From Candidatus Omnitrophota bacterium (lineage in GTDB: Bacteria; Omnitrophota; Gorgyraeia; Pluralincolimonadales; Pluralincolimonadaceae), in the NCBI GenBank assembly GCA_028716565.1, contig JAQUPL010000005.1, forward strand, positions 6,379 through 70,378: 64,000 bases of DNA, written 5' to 3'. Below, piece after piece: positions 60,653 to 64,000 of the stretch (position 1 is the stretch's first letter; each line of letters begins with the position of its first letter). A program made the translations under genes and the position numbers. The notes beneath the pieces were generated by a model. That model saw only the letters and a program-made list of their open reading frames with translations. It was not told where the DNA came from and did not search any database.

Positions 60653-61457
60653 AAGAATAGGCGTCATCGGCCTTGGGAATATGGGCGGGGCGATAATAAA
60701 CGGCCTCCTCACATCCGGCGCCGTCAAAAGGACGGGCGTTACAGGTTTTGATAACGACCGGGCCAAGCGTGTGGTTGCCGTTAAGAAATATGGAATATTG
60801 GCAACCGGATCGATACTTGAGGCCGTAGCGCACAGCGATATCGTAATCTTCGCGGTCAAGCCGCAAAATATCGGAGAGGTGCTAGAAGAGGTATCTTCTT
60901 ACGGCAAGGGCCGGTTATATATCTCGATCGCGGCTGGGATAAATACCCGCAGGATAGAGAAGGCCCTTGCGCGCATACGAAGGCCCCGCGTCATAAGGGT
61001 GATGCCGAATACGCCGGCGCTTGTAGGCGAGGGCATCACGGCTGTTTGCAGAGGCAGATACGCGACTGCCGGAGACCTGAAGGCCGCGAACGGGATATTT
61101 TCGAGCGTTGGGGAGACGATAAATTTAAACGAGAGATATTTTGACCTTGTCACCGCGGTATCGGGAAGCGGCCCGGCCTATTTCTTTTACCTCAAAGAGG
61201 CGCTCATAGAATCGGCTGTCAGCCTCGGGATGGACAGGGCTACGGCAAAAAGACTCGTATCGAAGACCGCCCTCGGCGCGGCGCGGCTGCTTATAGAATC
61301 GGGGCATGAGCCGCAGGCCCTGCGCCGGAGCGTGACGTCAAAGGGCGGCACTACCGAACAGGCGATAAAAGTATTCGACCGGGCCGGGATGAAGAGGATA
61401 GTCGGGAAAGCCGTGACCGCCGCGGCGCGCCGTTCAAAAGAATTATCGGGGGAATAA
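60633..61457 (+). CDS. proC: pyrroline-5-carboxylate reductase
   Basis: IGVIGLGNMGGAI Rossmann motif, C-terminal TSKGGTTE P5CR motif. Confidence 0.9.
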   Translation: MRYLADKRIGVIGLGNMGGAIINGLLTSGAVKRTGVTGFDNDRAKRVVAVKKYGILATGSILEAVAHSDIVIFAVKPQNIGEVLEEVSSYGKGRLYISIAAGINTRRIEKALARIRRPRVIRVMPNTPALVGEGITAVCRGRYATAGDLKAANGIFSSVGETINLNERYFDLVTAVSGSGPAYFFYLKEALIESAVSLGMDRATAKRLVSKTALGAARLLIESGHEPQALRRSVTSKGGTTEQAIKVFDRAGMKRIVGKAVTAAARRSKELSGE

Positions 61458-61460
61458 GGG

Positions 61461-61760
61461 ATGTTCGTATTGAGCAATCTGATATTCTGGGCCGCGCGAA
61501 TGCTTGAGATCCTGCTAAATATATTATGTATCCTGATATTTTTCCGGGCGGTCATAAGCTGGGTCAATCCCGACCCGTTCAACCCGCTTGTGCAGTTCCT
61601 GAACAGGTCCACCGACCCGATACTGGCGCCTATAAGGAGGTTCATCCCCCCGTTGGGGCCCATGGATATCTCGCCGTGGATAGCGACGATAGTCCTCTAT
61701 TCCGTAAATAAATATTTTCTGGTGCCGACACTTCTGGAGCTGGCGATGAGGTTAAGGTAA
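61461..61760 (+). CDS. yggT: YggT family membrane protein
   Basis: 99 aa, 2 TM, ISWVNPDPFNP conserved YggT segment. Confidence 0.85.
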   Translation: MFVLSNLIFWAARMLEILLNILCILIFFRAVISWVNPDPFNPLVQFLNRSTDPILAPIRRFIPPLGPMDISPWIATIVLYSVNKYFLVPTLLELAMRLR

Positions 61761-61790
61761 TAGCCGCATCCCGGAAATAAGGAGAGACAA

Positions 61791-62618
61791 ATGCACGAAC
61801 TGAAAAAGAAGATCGACGATACGTTCAACTTCATAAAAGATGAACTGAAAGAAGTCCCCAAGATCGATGTCGCGATAATCCTGGGTACCGGCCTGGGCAA
61901 CCTCACCGGGAGGATAAAAGAGAAGAAGGGCATAGAATACTGGAAGATACCGAACTTCCCTGTATCGACGGTCAAGGGGCACAAAGGGGAGCTTGTCTTC
62001 GGCAAGATAGGCGACAAGAATGTCGTCGCGATGGAAGGCAGGTTCCACCATTACGAGGGATACCCGCTGGACCAGGTCACTTATCCGGTCAGGGTGGTAA
62101 AGGCGCTCGGCGCGAAGATACTAGTCGTCTCTAATGCCGCGGGCGGTATGAACCCGGGTTACAAAGCCGGAGACCTCATGGCGATAGCCGACCATATAAA
62201 TTTTACAGGGGTCAATCCCCTGATAGGGCCGAATGATGAATCGCTGGGCCCCAGGTTCCCGGATTTCTGCGACCTGTACGACCCGAAGCTTATCGCCTTG
62301 GCCGAAGAGATCGCGAAGGATGAGAAGATCAGGATGCATAAAGGCGTATATGTAGGCGTCACCGGACCGAACCTCGAGACGCGCGCGGAGTATAAGTTCT
62401 TCCAGATGATCGGGGCCGACGCGGTAGGGATGTCGACCGTGCCGGAAGTCATCGTAGCCAGGCACGCGGGCCTCCGGATATTCGGCATAAGCGTCATAAC
62501 CGACGTTTGCCTTCCCGAGACGCTCAAGCCCTGCAACATAGATGAGATAATAAAGGCGGCCAACGAAGCCGAGCCGAAACTCACGAAATTGATATATACC
62601 CTGATAGAGAGAATATGA
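61791..62618 (+). CDS. purine nucleoside phosphorylase (PunA/MTAP-type trimeric PNP family)
   Basis: [21 protein letters not shown] motifs of PNP/MTAP family. Confidence 0.8.
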   Translation: MHELKKKIDDTFNFIKDELKEVPKIDVAIILGTGLGNLTGRIKEKKGIEYWKIPNFPVSTVKGHKGELVFGKIGDKNVVAMEGRFHHYEGYPLDQVTYPVRVVKALGAKILVVSNAAGGMNPGYKAGDLMAIADHINFTGVNPLIGPNDESLGPRFPDFCDLYDPKLIALAEEIAKDEKIRMHKGVYVGVTGPNLETRAEYKFFQMIGADAVGMSTVPEVIVARHAGLRIFGISVITDVCLPETLKPCNIDEIIKAANEAEPKLTKLIYTLIERI

Positions 62619-62661
62619 ATCCCACGCCCTAATGAGGCGCGGAGAAAATATAGAGGATGGG

Positions 62662-64000
62662 ATGAACTATAAAGATACGCTGAACCTGCCCAAGACGGAT
62701 TTCCCGATGAAGGCCGACCTCCCGAAGAGGGAGCCGGAGATGCTCAAGTTCTGGGAGGAGAAGGATATATACGGCCATATCCGGAAAAAATTCTCGGGCA
62801 AGCCCAAATATATACTGCATGACGGGCCGCCGTATGCCAACGGCGACATCCATATCGGCCATGCCCTGAACAAGACGCTCAAGGACATAGTCGTCAAATA
62901 CAAGACGATGCGCGGCTTCGATTCGCCCTATGTCCCGGGATGGGACTGCCACGGCCTCCCGGTCGAGCACGTCTTATTCAAAGAGCTCAAGATATCGAAG
63001 GGGCAGATCGGCCAGCTTGAATTCCGTAATAAGGCCGCGGATTACGCGCTCAGGTTTGTCGGGACGCAGAAAGAGCAGTTCAAGCGCCTCGGGATATTCG
63101 GCGAATGGGACGACCCGTACCTCACGCTCAAGCCCGAGTATGTCGTCGGCATCATACGCTCGTTCGGGAAACTTGTCGAAGGCGGTTACGTCTATAAGGG
63201 AGTAAAACCTGTCAACTGGTGCCTGCGCTGCGAGACGGCGCTCGCGGAGGCAGAGGTGGAATACGCGGACCATACCTCGCCGTCAATATTCGTGAAGTTC
63301 AAGGTCACAGACAGGAGATTCCCGGACGGAAAACATTTCCTGGTGATCTGGACGACGACTCCTTGGACCCTGGTCGCGAATGTCGCGGTCGCGGTCCATC
63401 CCGCCCTTGACTACGTGACGGTCGAGGCCGGCGGAGAGCACTATATACTAGCGAAGGACCTTCTCGAGTCCGTCGCGGCCAAGGCAGGTTTTAAAGATTA
63501 TAAAGTCATCTCGACCATAAAAGGCAAGGACCTCGAAGGCCTCCTCTATAAACATCCGTTCATCGAAAGGGAAGGGAAGGTCGTCCTCGCGGATTACGTT
63601 TCGAACGAAGAAGGTGCCGGATGCGTCCACACCGCGCCGGGCCACGGCATGGAAGATTACCTTACGGGACAGAAATACGGCCTGCCGACGATAATGCCGG
63701 TCGACGAGAGGGGATTATTCGATAAGACTGCCGGGGAATTCACCGGGATGCATGTCTTCAAGGCGAACGGCGCAATATTGGAGAGGTTGATGAAGGACGG
63801 CAACCTCCTGTATTCCGGGACGATCGCGCATTCTTATCCGCATTGCTGGAGGTGTAAGGAGCCGGTCATATTCAGGGCGACGGTCCAGTGGTTCATAAAT
63901 GTTGACCATAATGCGCTAAGGAAACAGACGCTCGAAGAGATAAAACGCGTGAAATGGGTCCCGTCTATCGGAGAGAACAGGATCTCGGCTATGATAGAGA
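62662..64000 (+). CDS. ileS: isoleucine--tRNA ligase, 5' portion (runs off window end)
   Basis: my translation from ATG 62662: [33 protein letters not shown]...[14 protein letters not shown] (HIGH motif), WDCHGLP, HCWRCK; no stop before position 64000, so absent from the ORF track. Confidence 0.9.
   Translation, partial: MNYKDTLNLPKTDFPMKADLPKREPEMLKFWEEKDIYGHIRKKFSGKPKYILHDGPPYANGDIHIGHALNKTLKDIVVKYKTMRGFDSPYVPGWDCHGLPVEHVLFKELKISKGQIGQLEFRNKAADYALRFVGTQKEQFKRLGIFGEWDDPYLTLKPEYVVGIIRSFGKLVEGGYVYKGVKPVNWCLRCETALAEAEVEYADHTSPSIFVKFKVTDRRFPDGKHFLVIWTTTPWTLVANVAVAVHPALDYVTVEAGGEHYILAKDLLESVAAKAGFKDYKVISTIKGKDLEGLLYKHPFIEREGKVVLADYVSNEEGAGCVHTAPGHGMEDYLTGQKYGLPTIMPVDERGLFDKTAGEFTGMHVFKANGAILERLMKDGNLLYSGTIAHSYPHCWRCKEPVIFRATVQWFINVDHNALRKQTLEEIKRVKWVPSIGENRISAMIE

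Overview
This 64 kb window is an almost entirely co-directional stretch of core bacterial chromosome; 68 of 69 called genes lie on the + strand. It is GC-rich, compact, and has many ATGA or short start/stop overlaps. The gene content is Gram-negative in type (SecDF, Tol/Ton-like, PilT). I cannot assign the organism from sequence alone, and an uncultivated anaerobic lineage is only a guess.

Gene content in order:
- a 5'-partial hypothetical gene
- a divergent EF-G paralog
- yebC-ruvCAB
- a SpoIID/LytB protein
- queA-tgt-yajC-secDF
- a CDF transporter
- recJ
- rpmB (the only minus-strand gene)
- recG-rsmD-coaD
- yceD-rpmF-plsX-fabH-fabD-fabG-acpP-fabF
- an acyl-CoA dehydrogenase with etfB and a ferredoxin-fused etfA
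- a terminator, then an envelope cluster: a secreted CBM-like protein, two TPR proteins, one MotA/TolQ/ExbB, two tandem ExbD/TolR paralogs, and a TonB-like anchored protein with a non-TonB C-terminal domain
- cvpA, nif3-dnaG-rpoD, and a polyferredoxin membrane protein
- tRNA(CAU) and tRNA-Val(CAC)
- a COG1579 zinc-ribbon protein, rnhA, RNase P RNA, and a PilZ-PilT pair
- a complete dcw cluster mraZ-rsmH-ftsL-ftsI-murE-murF-mraY-murD-ftsW-murG-murC-murB-ddl-ftsQ-ftsA
- yggS-proC-yggT, a purine nucleoside phosphorylase, and the 5' part of ileS

The dcw cluster jumps directly from ftsA to yggS with no ftsZ.

No CRISPR array, integrase, transposase or obvious defence island was seen.

Most worth a second look:
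- a perfect 36-bp palindrome inserted in-frame in rsmD
- an MraZ-type operator (three AAAGTGG-like repeats, 10-bp period) behind a consensus mraZ promoter
- rsmH lacking any canonical start codon, in frame right after the mraZ stop
- ftsZ missing from its canonical place after ftsA
- the TPR/TolQ/2xTolR/TonB-like envelope cluster
- a possibly electron-bifurcating Bcd-EtfBA with ferredoxin-fused EtfA
- an orphan PilZ-PilT pair preceded by RNase P RNA
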